NCBI GenBank assembly: GCA_025839675.1
Contig: CP104013.1
Span: forward strand, 4,740,001-4,772,000
Source: Candidatus Lokiarchaeum ossiferum
GTDB lineage: Archaea; Asgardarchaeota; Lokiarchaeia; Sigyniarchaeales; Promethearchaeaceae
Length of the DNA stretch: 32,000 nt
Direction of reading: 5' to 3'
Shown in pieces: positions 23,378-32,000 of this stretch; position 1 is the stretch's first letter; every line of letters begins with the position of its first letter. Made by a program: the position numbers and the translations under genes. Under the pieces are notes generated by a model. That model made no database searches and had not been told where the DNA came from. It saw only the letters and a program-made list of their open reading frames with translations.

Positions 23378-25318
23378 TTAAGATTCAAATGAATTTGGAT
23401 CAAATAACTCATTTCCAGGCACTGTATACTTATTATGGCATACAGGGCAGGAGTTATATTTTTGAATCCACCAAACCGCACATGTATAATGGCTTAAAGA
23501 ATCACAAAATTCACATTTTATATAATTATCTTCTGCCACTTTAACCGATTTATGGCAAATTATGCATTTTTTTGATTTTAAACCTTTTTCATTAAGTTTC
23601 TCTTCAAGAAGGGACAAAAACCTTTTTTTCTCCTCTTCATATTTCTGCTTACGCACATCGAGACTTGCTAGTTTGGTCGTTATTTTTTCTATCTGCAGAC
23701 GGATATCTTTTTCGGAAAAACCTTCTGGGGAGACAATTTTGGTAGAAAAAAGATCAAAATTTTCATTGGGAGTAGACACATCCTGAATAATATTAAATAA
23801 TTTTCCTTCTTTTTCCAAAACTCCTGAAAATTGATCAAATAATTGAACAAGGGAAGTTCTTAAGGAAAATTTGGAGCGATTCAGAATTTCGGAGTATTTT
23901 TCTTCCCAAGAATCAATATATGAACTGATGTTTATCTTTTTCTCGCTATATTCTTTAAATATTTTATTCATGCGTTCTTTAAGAGATGTAGCTCGTGTGT
24001 TGAAATCTTCAATTAATTCATTCATGGGGGTTAAGTCTGGTAGGTTTTCCAAATATGGAGTAGTTTTATTTTGGTAATCGAGAAGTAATGTTTCTAATCG
24101 CCCAATTTGTTTGCTTATCTTTTGTTCAATCTCCAATTTTACATTATTTTCTTGAACTGAATCAGAATATTCCTCAAAATCATTCAACTTGCGATTTATT
24201 TCACCGCGTAGTTGGTTAATCATGTTTTGATTTTTTCTCAAAATTTGTTTCCACGGTTGAACAATAGGGGCAATTTTTTGGCTCCAATTCTCCAGTGCAT
24301 CCAATATTTGGAAAAACTGCCCTCCAAATTTTTGAAGTTCTTTGTTTGCTGCATTCAGATCTCCTTGTTTTTTTTGTGTAATCTGATCTTGAAACTCTTC
24401 TAATTGGAGTTTAATATTATGTGGAATTTCTTTGGAAGCAATACTTTGTTCGTTAAACACATAGAGAATGCCATATTTTTTTGAGATTAAACTCATTTCA
24501 AAATTTATTTGCCGATTTAAATATAATTCCAGTTGTTTAGCAATTAATTTTTTCTGGATTTTATCTTTAAAGGAAGGGTAGGATAATTGGATCGCTTCTT
24601 TAGAATAAAGTAAATATAAAAATTCTTGCTTGCAATAATCTAAAGACAAAGTCGCGTGGTCAGAAATTATTGGTGTGGTAAAAAGTTCTAAAAATTGAAT
24701 ATTTTGATTTTTAGTGGATTTCTGCAATGATTTTAACTCTTCTTCTAAAATTCCAATTTCTTCAAAAATTTTCATCCATGAGACGGGATATATGTTCAAA
24801 TGAACAGTTCCTTGTTTTAAACATTCAATTGTATACCAAATCTCTGGAAGTTTTTGAGTGGGTGAATTATTTTTTGGTAAGAGATCTGGATGTTGTATAT
24901 TATAGGGTGAATTAAATAACAATGATGAAAATGAATCTAATGTGGAAAGGATGCTTGATTCAATCTTGCTGGTTTCGTTATAAAATTTTTCCAAAAAACT
25001 AGAATATTTATACAAAGATTGGATTGAACGAATAGTTGAGATATTGTTTCCTAAATTTTGATGAATTAATTTACATTCAGAAAATAATTCACTGGGTAAG
25101 TAATAAAGGTCTAAATTCTCTAAAATGGGTATGATTCTTTTAATTGCAGCAAGATATTTGGTCAAATCACCAAGAAGCTTAATTTTAATTTTTTTTTCCA
25201 ACTTTTTCACATCAGAGATTGATGTTAGGAGTTTTTGACCTTTGGAATCAATTATTTGTCCCAAAATCTCACTCACGAAATTAAAGATTTGAAATTTATT
25301 ATTAAAAAGCTTAACCAT
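23378..25318 (-). CDS. Large alpha-helical/coiled-coil protein with a C-terminal C4HC3 RING/PHD-type zinc finger
   Basis: 646 aa. The last 60 residues are CIICHKSVKVAEDNYIKCEFCDSLSHYTCAVWWIQKYNSCPVCHNKY, i.e. C-x2-C-x13-C-x2-C-x4-H-x2-C-x10-C-x2-C (encoded by nt 23438-23566). The rest is low-complexity helical sequence with long heptad-like stretches. Confidence 0.8.
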   Translation of the reverse strand: MVKLFNNKFQIFNFVSEILGQIIDSKGQKLLTSISDVKKLEKKIKIKLLGDLTKYLAAIKRIIPILENLDLYYLPSELFSECKLIHQNLGNNISTIRSIQSLYKYSSFLEKFYNETSKIESSILSTLDSFSSLLFNSPYNIQHPDLLPKNNSPTQKLPEIWYTIECLKQGTVHLNIYPVSWMKIFEEIGILEEELKSLQKSTKNQNIQFLELFTTPIISDHATLSLDYCKQEFLYLLYSKEAIQLSYPSFKDKIQKKLIAKQLELYLNRQINFEMSLISKKYGILYVFNEQSIASKEIPHNIKLQLEEFQDQITQKKQGDLNAANKELQKFGGQFFQILDALENWSQKIAPIVQPWKQILRKNQNMINQLRGEINRKLNDFEEYSDSVQENNVKLEIEQKISKQIGRLETLLLDYQNKTTPYLENLPDLTPMNELIEDFNTRATSLKERMNKIFKEYSEKKINISSYIDSWEEKYSEILNRSKFSLRTSLVQLFDQFSGVLEKEGKLFNIIQDVSTPNENFDLFSTKIVSPEGFSEKDIRLQIEKITTKLASLDVRKQKYEEEKKRFLSLLEEKLNEKGLKSKKCIICHKSVKVAEDNYIKCEFCDSLSHYTCAVWWIQKYNSCPVCHNKYTVPGNELFDPNSFES

Positions 25319-25409
25319 GTCCTTAGGTTATGAAGCATCGTAAAAAATTTTTACCAACCAATTTTTTAAAAAAAATCTTAATCCTCTGAACATTGTATTC
25401 GGTAACAGA

Positions 25410-26414
25410 ATGGGATCAGAAATCGCTTTACATATTGATGATGAAGAAATTAATTCTAAAACATCATTTCAAGGATTATGGGGAATCATTTTTGCCTTAA
25501 TTGTATTAGTTGGGAACGGGGTTCATCCAATAATCAACTCTTCTCGTCCGGAAGATTTAAGCGCTTTACAATTTGTTTTTTTAATGTCTTTGATCGAGTG
25601 TTGCTTGTCATTACCATTTTTTATAAAGGACATGAAGAAAAGAAAGCTTACTCCAATTACATCTGATTTGACTAGTTTCCAAAAGTTGCCGATAAAAAAT
25701 GTTATTTCACGTTTAGTCTTGGTTGGGTTAATTTTTTCACTCGCGACCTATCTTTATATTGAAGGTTTAACTCTTGCTGGCGGTGTTTCTGGCTCAATTG
25801 CATTAAAGACTTCTCCAATCTATGCTATGATTGTAGGGTTTTTTTTTCTTCATGAAAAATTTGACATAAAACAGATTTTTTTAACCTTTTTAATGCTTGT
25901 GGGTTTATTTTATTTAGGAACAGAAGGAAAATTTGAATTGGATGCTTTTTCTTTAGGTTTTGGGATGTGTTTAATAACACCTCTCTTTTGGACAATTGGA
26001 CATGCAATTACTAAACCTTTGCTTGTTAGGAAACTGGCTCCGCCTTCTCAAGTCATTTTTATTCGTTCTGGTGTCATAACACTAACAATATTCTGTGTAA
26101 ATGTATTCAATGATGGGTTGCAAATAATTTTGCATTCTTTCACCCAAATAAATCACCTATTCTTTGCTTTTTTAATGGGAGGGACCTATTTTCTAATGCA
26201 TTTGTCTTGGTATAACAGTATTTCCCTCATCGATTTAAGTTATGCCAGTGCTTTAGTAACTCCAAGTCCCGTTATTACTGCACTTCTTTCATTTATCATT
26301 CTTGGTGAACCTATCAAAGGTTATCATATAATTGGTATGGTCATAATGCTAATAGGACTGTATTTAATGATATATATCAAAGCTAAAAAGAGGGATAAGG
26401 AAAAAAAAAATTAA
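25410..26414 (+). CDS. EamA/DMT-superfamily transporter
   Basis: 334 aa with about 10 TM helices arranged as two 5-TM halves. The second half ends in the typical ...LGEPIKGYHIIGMVIMLIGLYLM. Confidence 0.75.
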   Translation: MGSEIALHIDDEEINSKTSFQGLWGIIFALIVLVGNGVHPIINSSRPEDLSALQFVFLMSLIECCLSLPFFIKDMKKRKLTPITSDLTSFQKLPIKNVISRLVLVGLIFSLATYLYIEGLTLAGGVSGSIALKTSPIYAMIVGFFFLHEKFDIKQIFLTFLMLVGLFYLGTEGKFELDAFSLGFGMCLITPLFWTIGHAITKPLLVRKLAPPSQVIFIRSGVITLTIFCVNVFNDGLQIILHSFTQINHLFFAFLMGGTYFLMHLSWYNSISLIDLSYASALVTPSPVITALLSFIILGEPIKGYHIIGMVIMLIGLYLMIYIKAKKRDKEKKN

Positions 26415-26767
26415 TCAATATTTTCTTCAAATTCTGCTTTGTGAGGATCAATTCCGTAGATATCTAACGCCTTTATTATTTTTTCATCAATATCGGGCGC
26501 TTTTTCCACTGAAAAATCCATTTCTAAAGATAGGTTTCCACTCCTCGGTTCTGTTTCAAAACCTAACTCCGCAAATTTCTGAAGTTGCTCTTCTGATAAA
26601 AATTCTTCTTCTGCAAGATGGGAGTTAGAAACTGCATCAATAAAGATTTTAGGTGCTTTCTTTGCCCCATTAACTTGAATGTAGTAGGGATCTTTTGAAA
26701 TTGTAAGGAAGTTATCATCGCTTCCAGTTAAATACATATTTTTAAGTATCTTGACTAATTTTTTCAT
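26411..26767 (-). CDS. Small acidic hypothetical protein
   Basis: 118-aa ORF starting at ATG. Its stop overlaps the convergent EamA stop (TTAA at 26411-26414). No family recognised. Confidence 0.5.
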   Translation of the reverse strand: MKKLVKILKNMYLTGSDDNFLTISKDPYYIQVNGAKKAPKIFIDAVSNSHLAEEEFLSEEQLQKFAELGFETEPRSGNLSLEMDFSVEKAPDIDEKIIKALDIYGIDPHKAEFEENID

Positions 26768-26907
26768 CGGTCAATTATAAAAAAAATACTGTCTCTTAAA
26801 ATAATTTCTGAAAAAAAAAATTTTTTTTAAAATTTTATGAAAAACTAACTTCAAATACCTAATTACATTTTAGCTTTTAACATTCTTCAAGGATATTAGT
26901 GATTTTT

Positions 26908-29214
26908 ATGGTTCAGCAATCAGGAAAGATACAATCAAATAATGATAAAAAATTAACCCCATCTCAAGTCCATAATCAATGGCCTGAATTTCTTGAGAAG
27001 ACTGCCGTTATTCTCTATAGATCTAACTTAAACCACTTATGGGGTCTGGAAATTCTTAAAGGAGGTTATGAACCACTATTTGAAAAGATCAAAAATGACT
27101 TCATTTCTAACTCTCTAGATTTTTCTAAACTAATATCCCAATCTGACGAAAAATATATCCGGAATATAATATCCCATTCAATTGCAGAGAATCAGTCCTA
27201 TTGCCTCGTTTATCAGATTAAGCTGGAAGATGGGTCGAAATTTTGGGTTAGGGATGTTGGTAATCCTGTATTTAATGAAGACGGTTCCTTTGAGTATTTA
27301 ACTGGTTGTATTTCAAATCACACAACACAAAAAACACGTGAAATTGCCCAAACCCAAGAAAATCAAAAAAAAAATTTTATTCTTGAAAATATACCAATTG
27401 CAGTAATTGAATATGATCTTAACCTAAAAATCACCGAATGGAATAATTTTGCAGAAAAAATTTTTGGATATCCAAAGATGAAGGCTATTGGAAGAAATAT
27501 TGAATCGTTACTTGTTCCTGCAGATCTTCAAGATGAAATAGAGTCGATTCTGCAGGATTTGCAGATTAAAAAAACTCCTTCTACGAACATTAATGAAAAT
27601 CTAACAAAATCAGGAGATCGCATAATTTGTGAATGGTATAACACTCCGATTCTTGATGAGAGTGATAATCTCTTAGGTTATGCGTCTATGGTGCAGGATA
27701 TTACTGATCGACGTATTATTGAATATTCTCTCAAAGAAAGTGAGGCGTTATTCCGTACTATGAGTGAGCAGTCCATTTTGGGGATGTTTTTAATAAAAAA
27801 TCAGTCTTTTGTCTTCGTGAATGAAGGATTTGCTCAAATTTTAGGATATACTGTAAATGATGTGACAAATTGGGATGTTGAACAAAAGCTGCGTGAAATT
27901 GTACATCCTGATGATCTCAACAATTTTCTTGCTCTTCATGATCAAAAAATGTTAGGAAAAAGTGACTTTGGAGCTAAGGAATATCGCATTATACGTTCAG
28001 ACGGGAAAATTCGATGGGTTCGCCATTATTCCAAACCTATTGAATCTATTTCTGGGCGATTAATTCAAGGTGTAATTTTAGATATTACTGAACAAAAAAA
28101 TGCGATTTTAAACCTTGAAGAATCTGAAAGTAAATTTCGCGCTATTTCTGACCAGACTTTTGTTGGAATTAACGTCACTCAAGATGGTGTAACAAAATAT
28201 AGCAATCTTGGCACTGAAACGATCACTGGTTATTCTCAAGAGGAGCGTGATTCTTGGGGAAAAGATGAGAATTTACAATTAATCCATAAAGATGATTGGG
28301 ATTATGTCACTAAGTTATTTGATGATGATCAGAACCATGAAAAGAATCATTTACTTGAATATACTTATCGAATCAAAACTAAGGATGGGACGATAAAATG
28401 GATTGAAGATTATTCAAAGAAAATTTCTTATGAAGGAAGACCAGCATGGCTTTCCATCATCCTTGATGTGACTGAGAAACGAAAAATGGAGGAAGAAATA
28501 ATTAAAACTTCAAAATTGGATTCCTTAGGTGTTTTAGCTGGTGGAATTGCTCATGATTTTAATAACCTTTTGACTTCCATCATTGGGAATTTATCTATTG
28601 CATCTTTAGAAATTGAAAATCATCAATCTTCTTTACGGGAATTAATAAATGAAGCCGAAAGTGCTTGTATAAGAGCTGCTCAATTAACTAAGCAGCTGTT
28701 AACTTTTTCTAAAGGAGGTGCTCCTATTAAAAAATCCGAATCGATTTCCCATATTATCTCAGACACAGTACAATTTTTATTACGGGGATCAAACATTCAA
28801 TTCGATTCGCAAATTGATGAAAATCTTGATGTAGTAAATGTCGATGTTAGCCAAATAAGTCAGGTTATTCAAAATATTGTTATCAATGCCAAACAAGCCA
28901 TGCCTCATGGGGGAACAATTAAAATAAGTGCAAGCAATTTCATTGCCTCTAGCGGTGATCACAATTTTGCTAAACGCAAGGGATTAAAATACGTTCAAAT
29001 CGTCATTTCAGATTCTGGTATCGGAATTCCTCGAGAATTCCTTCCACGTATATTTGATCCCTATTTCACTACAAAAGAAAGCGGTTCGGGATTAGGTTTA
29101 GCAATGTGTTATTCTATTATTAAGAAACATGATGGAATTATTCTAGTTGACTCCGAGGTTGGGAAGGGGACGACTTTTACGATCTACCTTCCATCAGAAG
29201 TGAAAAAAAAATAG
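26908..29214 (+). CDS. Multi-PAS sensor histidine kinase (cytoplasmic)
   Basis: Four PAS-like modules (for example FRTMSEQSILGMFL...VHPDD...EYRIIRSDGKIRWV...GVILDITEQK, and FRAISDQTFVGI...IHKDD...YRIKTKDGTIKWIEDY...LDVTEKR). H-box GIAHDFNNLLTSIIGN, N-box QNIVINAKQAM, G-boxes DSGIGIP and GSGLGLAMC. ATG at 26908 (GTG at 26899 is an alternative start). No TM segments and no adjacent response regulator. Confidence 0.9.
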   Translation: MVQQSGKIQSNNDKKLTPSQVHNQWPEFLEKTAVILYRSNLNHLWGLEILKGGYEPLFEKIKNDFISNSLDFSKLISQSDEKYIRNIISHSIAENQSYCLVYQIKLEDGSKFWVRDVGNPVFNEDGSFEYLTGCISNHTTQKTREIAQTQENQKKNFILENIPIAVIEYDLNLKITEWNNFAEKIFGYPKMKAIGRNIESLLVPADLQDEIESILQDLQIKKTPSTNINENLTKSGDRIICEWYNTPILDESDNLLGYASMVQDITDRRIIEYSLKESEALFRTMSEQSILGMFLIKNQSFVFVNEGFAQILGYTVNDVTNWDVEQKLREIVHPDDLNNFLALHDQKMLGKSDFGAKEYRIIRSDGKIRWVRHYSKPIESISGRLIQGVILDITEQKNAILNLEESESKFRAISDQTFVGINVTQDGVTKYSNLGTETITGYSQEERDSWGKDENLQLIHKDDWDYVTKLFDDDQNHEKNHLLEYTYRIKTKDGTIKWIEDYSKKISYEGRPAWLSIILDVTEKRKMEEEIIKTSKLDSLGVLAGGIAHDFNNLLTSIIGNLSIASLEIENHQSSLRELINEAESACIRAAQLTKQLLTFSKGGAPIKKSESISHIISDTVQFLLRGSNIQFDSQIDENLDVVNVDVSQISQVIQNIVINAKQAMPHGGTIKISASNFIASSGDHNFAKRKGLKYVQIVISDSGIGIPREFLPRIFDPYFTTKESGSGLGLAMCYSIIKKHDGIILVDSEVGKGTTFTIYLPSEVKKK

Positions 29215-29296
29215 AAACAAAAATTGAAAGTTTCTTACATTGTTAACATTTTGTTGGCAAATACTTAAATATTTACATTGTCTATATAATATTGAT

Positions 29297-29821
29297 ATGG
29301 AAGATATTTTCGATCAACTTGATGCAATTATAAAAAAAATGTTTGAAAATTTAAACTTGGGTAGTGAAGACTCGCAAGATTCCTATTCTATTTCCTACCG
29401 ATTTAAATCAGGCATGGATGAACCAGAGATAAAAGTGAATGGTGAATTAAAACCCGAAATCTCAGAACAATTTAATAAATTATTGGCGGATTTCACAAGC
29501 AGAAAATTTGCTTCTTCTCCCATAAATGAAGAGATCATGTTAGAAAATAAAAACAATAAGCCTTTTGTCGATATATTTGATGAAGAAAATCACTTTTTAA
29601 TTGTGATTGAGCTTCCCGGAATTGATAAAAAAGACATCTCCTTAATCTCAATTTCTTCAAAGGAACTTGAATTGAAAGCTTTGGATTATGTTGAAATTAT
29701 AACCTTACCTCAAAATTATATTTCAGATTCTGTTAAGGCTCGTTATAAAAATGGAGTTTTGGAAATAACTATATTAAAAGATCAATCCACAATCAAAACC
29801 AGCCGCATAGAAATTAACTAA
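29297..29821 (+). CDS. Hsp20/alpha-crystallin family small heat-shock protein
   Basis: Alpha-crystallin domain VDIFDEENHFLIVIELPGIDKKDISL...ARYKNGVLEITILK. ATG at 29297; the track's upstream start at 29240 adds an implausible hydrophobic leader. Confidence 0.85.
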   Translation: MEDIFDQLDAIIKKMFENLNLGSEDSQDSYSISYRFKSGMDEPEIKVNGELKPEISEQFNKLLADFTSRKFASSPINEEIMLENKNNKPFVDIFDEENHFLIVIELPGIDKKDISLISISSKELELKALDYVEIITLPQNYISDSVKARYKNGVLEITILKDQSTIKTSRIEIN

Positions 29822-29895
29822 TTTTCCTTTTTTCATACAAAGAAAGTTTTTATTCACACAATTCGTATATTTTGTACATAAAAGGAGCTAATTCA

Positions 29896-30498
29896 ATGGA
29901 CGAAAAACCTCATCAAAAACACGACTCAATTGACGAAGCAGTCATTAAAAAACTCAATCATCTTATGAAAGATGACGATTTTCGTACCGAGCTAAAATAT
30001 TTTTTTGAGCCCTTACCCTCTCAACATGAAGAAATATTCACATTTAGTTTTCATGATACTTTTAATAAAAAATCCCTTGAATTGGTGTGGGATACGCTCA
30101 AAGAAAAACTGGAAGGAGGATCGGTCGATTTATTAAGGGATTTAGATAAAGAGACTTTAAAAAAATTCCATGAATATCTTGAGCATTTGGAGATGAAGCA
30201 ACGTATAAAGCAATATGCATCCAAAAAACCGGATTATATTGATTTTTATGAAGATGATGCTTTATTTATTGTTGCTGTCGAAATTCCCGCTTATGTAGGT
30301 GATGAAGATATTGAAATTGCAGGATCTCCTCATGAAATTGAAATCGTGATCGGAGAAACTTTTAAAAAAAACATCAAAATAAAACCACGAATTGATCCTG
30401 AGAGTGCCTTAGCTCATCATGAAAATGGTATTCTCGAAATTAAATTATGCAAAGCAAAGAAAACTCCCAAAACTAAAATTACTTTAAGTTCACACTAA
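29896..30498 (+). CDS. Hsp20/alpha-crystallin-like protein with a long N-terminal region
   Basis: IDFYEDDALFIVAVEIPAYVGDEDIEI...ALAHHENGILEIKLCK. ATG at 29896 is preceded by AGGAG at 29884-29888. Confidence 0.75.
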   Translation: MDEKPHQKHDSIDEAVIKKLNHLMKDDDFRTELKYFFEPLPSQHEEIFTFSFHDTFNKKSLELVWDTLKEKLEGGSVDLLRDLDKETLKKFHEYLEHLEMKQRIKQYASKKPDYIDFYEDDALFIVAVEIPAYVGDEDIEIAGSPHEIEIVIGETFKKNIKIKPRIDPESALAHHENGILEIKLCKAKKTPKTKITLSSH

Positions 30499-30522
30499 TT
30501 AAATAGTATATTAAAGAAAAAA

Positions 30523-30576
30523 ATGACAGAGTCTAAAAAAAATGACAGAGCCTAAAAAAAATGACAGATCCTAAAG
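30523..30576 (+). repeat. 19-bp tandem repeat (two full copies plus one partial) that triplicates the ATGACAGA start region of cdc48
   Basis: ATGACAGAGTCTAAAAAAA at 30523-30541, ATGACAGAGCCTAAAAAAA at 30542-30560, and ATGACAGATCCTAAAG from 30561 to 30576. The three ATGs fall in three different frames. Confidence 0.9.
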
Positions 30577-32000
30577 AGAGCCCCAAAGAAACTTTTGTAC
30601 GTATTAGCGATTCACGTCGTCGTGATGCTGGACGTGGTTTTGCGCGTGTTGATCCCGAAATTCAAAAAAAATTGAAACTTCACTCTGGAGATGGTGTTAT
30701 GTTAGAAAATGCTGTCACAGGGAAGAAAACCGTGGCTCTTATCATGCACGGGTACTCTGAAGATGATGGTACCGGAATAATTCGGATTGATGGATCAATC
30801 CGTCGAAATTTGAAGGCTTCTATTGATGAGCGCGTTCTTATCCGCAAAATTGACGTCTCTCCTGCACAATCAATAGTTTTTGCTCCTGTTGATAAGCATA
30901 TTGGCGTGCGAAATGTGGCGGTATTTGCTGAAATTTTAGAAAATAGGATTGTAATGATTGGAGACACGATCAGTTTTGATTTGATTGGGCGTTCAGTTCA
31001 TTTTGTTGTGAAAAATTTTACTCCCAAAGTTCCAGCGGTTCAAATCTCCCGAAGAACTAAAATTCAGGTGGATCGAAAACCTGTTGAAGCAAAATCGTTA
31101 GAGCGTACAATTCCTAGGACCACTTACGAAGATTTAGGTGGTGTATCCGAACCCATTCAGCGAACGAGAGAAATGATTGAATTACCTCTTCGTCATCCTG
31201 AATTATTCAACCGTTTAGGCATTTCACCTCCTAAAGGATTATTATTATACGGACCTCCTGGAACAGGGAAAACATTATTAGCTCGTGCAGTGGCCAACGA
31301 AACTGATGCGCATTTTATAACATTGAGTGGGCCAGAAATAATGTCTAAATTTTATGGGCAATCGGAAGAAAACTTAAGGAAAGTGTTTGAAGAAGCTAAA
31401 GAAAATGCTCCTTCGATAATATTTATAGATGAAATTGATTCAATTGCTGCCAAACGAGAAGAAGTGCAAGGTGAAGTTGAGCGGCGTGTTGTTGCACAAT
31501 TACTTGCTCTAATGGATGGGCTTGATGAAAGGGGTAATATTGTTGTTATTGGTGCCACAAACCGTCCCAACAGTCTCGATGAGGCGCTACGCCGACCCGG
31601 GAGATTTGATAGGGAAATTGAAATTGGAGTTCCGAATAAAGAGGGTCGTTTGGAAATTCTTCAGATACATTCTCGAGGGATGCCATTATTGGATGGAGTT
31701 GATTTAAAATACCTTGCGGAAAAAACACATGGTTTTGTTGGTGCCGATCTGCAAGCTTTGGCAAAAGAAGCTGCGATGATCGCCCTACGTCGTATTTTAC
31801 CTGATTTAAACTTAGATGAAGAAGTTATACCCCCAGATATTCTAAACAAATTAACCATTTCTCAAGATGATTTCAAAAAATCTTTGGCTGGAATTGAACC
31901 TTCAGCCTTACGTGAAGTTTTAATTAGTGCTCCTACTGAAACATGGGCTGATGTTGGGGGGTTAGAGCATGCTAAACAGCAATTGCAAGAAGCAATTGAA
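30561..32000 (+). CDS. cdc48: Cdc48/VCP/p97-type AAA+ ATPase (N domain, D1 and start of D2; 3' end outside the window)
   Basis: Absent from the supplied ORF track because there is no stop inside the window. My own translation from ATG 30561 gives 480 uninterrupted codons: [38 protein letters not shown]... (N domain), Walker [16 protein letters not shown], Walker [40 protein letters not shown], then [19 protein letters not shown] (start of D2). The minus-strand track ORFs in this span are shadows. Confidence 0.95.
   Translation, partial: MTDPKESPKETFVRISDSRRRDAGRGFARVDPEIQKKLKLHSGDGVMLENAVTGKKTVALIMHGYSEDDGTGIIRIDGSIRRNLKASIDERVLIRKIDVSPAQSIVFAPVDKHIGVRNVAVFAEILENRIVMIGDTISFDLIGRSVHFVVKNFTPKVPAVQISRRTKIQVDRKPVEAKSLERTIPRTTYEDLGGVSEPIQRTREMIELPLRHPELFNRLGISPPKGLLLYGPPGTGKTLLARAVANETDAHFITLSGPEIMSKFYGQSEENLRKVFEEAKENAPSIIFIDEIDSIAAKREEVQGEVERRVVAQLLALMDGLDERGNIVVIGATNRPNSLDEALRRPGRFDREIEIGVPNKEGRLEILQIHSRGMPLLDGVDLKYLAEKTHGFVGADLQALAKEAAMIALRRILPDLNLDEEVIPPDILNKLTISQDDFKKSLAGIEPSALREVLISAPTETWADVGGLEHAKQQLQEAIE

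Noticed and set aside
2100-26007. Numerous 60-90-aa track ORFs nested in or antisense to larger genes (for example 2100-2285, 2565-2750, 6883-7139, 7568-7837, 8535-8750, 10056-10268, 13901-14435, 17831-18073, 18457-19502, 19850-20080, 20826-21352, 22008-22223, 22524-22730, 23562-24915, 25478-26007)
   Set aside because: Each overlaps a longer ORF with clear family motifs or membrane-protein character. None has recognisable motifs or a convincing start context.
26811-26828. A10T8 tract in the divergent region upstream of the histidine kinase
   Set aside because: Homopolymer A/T runs are ubiquitous in this window's intergenic DNA. It is most simply promoter or terminator spacer composition.
29226-29858. 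Shared GAAAGTTT word upstream of both hsp20 genes as a heat-shock operator
   Set aside because: It is only an 8-mer. Its distance to the TATA-like elements differs (about 39 versus 22 nt). I estimate a chance of about 0.3 that two 75-bp AT-rich regions share some 8-mer. It is absent upstream of cdc48.
30680-31858. Five 63-95-aa ORFs (four minus-strand, one plus-strand) listed in the track
   Set aside because: All lie inside, mostly antisense to, the unlisted 480-codon Cdc48 reading frame. Their translations are low-complexity Ser/Pro/Ile-rich shadows.
1-32000. Mobile element, prophage or defence island
   Set aside because: I could not recognise any integrase, transposase, recombinase, capsid or terminase, restriction-modification, toxin-antitoxin, nuclease-helicase or cas genes. 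There are no flanking direct repeats or tRNA target sites. Gene content is housekeeping, transport and signalling.

Overview
AT-rich (roughly one-third G+C by eye) chromosomal segment that reads as archaeal. I can support 29 protein genes. I found no rRNA, tRNA, CRISPR array, transposase, integrase or recognisable defence gene. Gene order: a phosphate-uptake operon (PstC/PstA-type permease in a single frame, pstB, phoU); small membrane proteins flanking a 7TM receptor with a Cys-rich C-terminal module; a glycerol-kinase-like FGGY kinase; two paralogous acyltransferase-3-like polytopic membrane proteins flanking another membrane protein; a Zn/Mn-type ABC uptake locus (DtxR/MntR-like repressor, TroA/ZnuA-like binding protein, permease, ATPase) split by a Rag/Gtr-like small GTPase; a GlcD-like FAD oxidase with a GlcF/HdrD-like Fe-S (CCG) subunit; a Cys-rich conserved gene; a phase-exact 60-bp tandem array of about 9.7 copies; asd; a degenerate HAD-like protein; a coiled-coil/TPR-like protein convergent with a 646-aa helical protein ending in a C4HC3 RING/PHD-type finger; an EamA transporter; a four-PAS histidine kinase; two Hsp20 genes; and the 5' 480 codons of a Cdc48/VCP AAA+ ATPase. 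The Cdc48 ORF is missing from the supplied ORF track because it runs off the window. A Rag-family GTPase (HKxD G4 motif, fused C-terminal domain), a RING/PHD finger protein and Cdc48 together suggest an Asgard (Lokiarchaeia-like) archaeon; this is inference only. The items most worth a second look are the 60-bp array, the Rag-like GTPase inside the metal-uptake locus, the Cys4/His-rich tail on the metal permease, the RING/PHD protein, the 7TM-plus-zinc-ribbon receptor, and the triplicated 19-bp start region with two out-of-frame uORFs upstream of cdc48. No clear multi-gene novel system (for example a defence island) is evident. All functional calls come from motif recognition by eye, not from searches.
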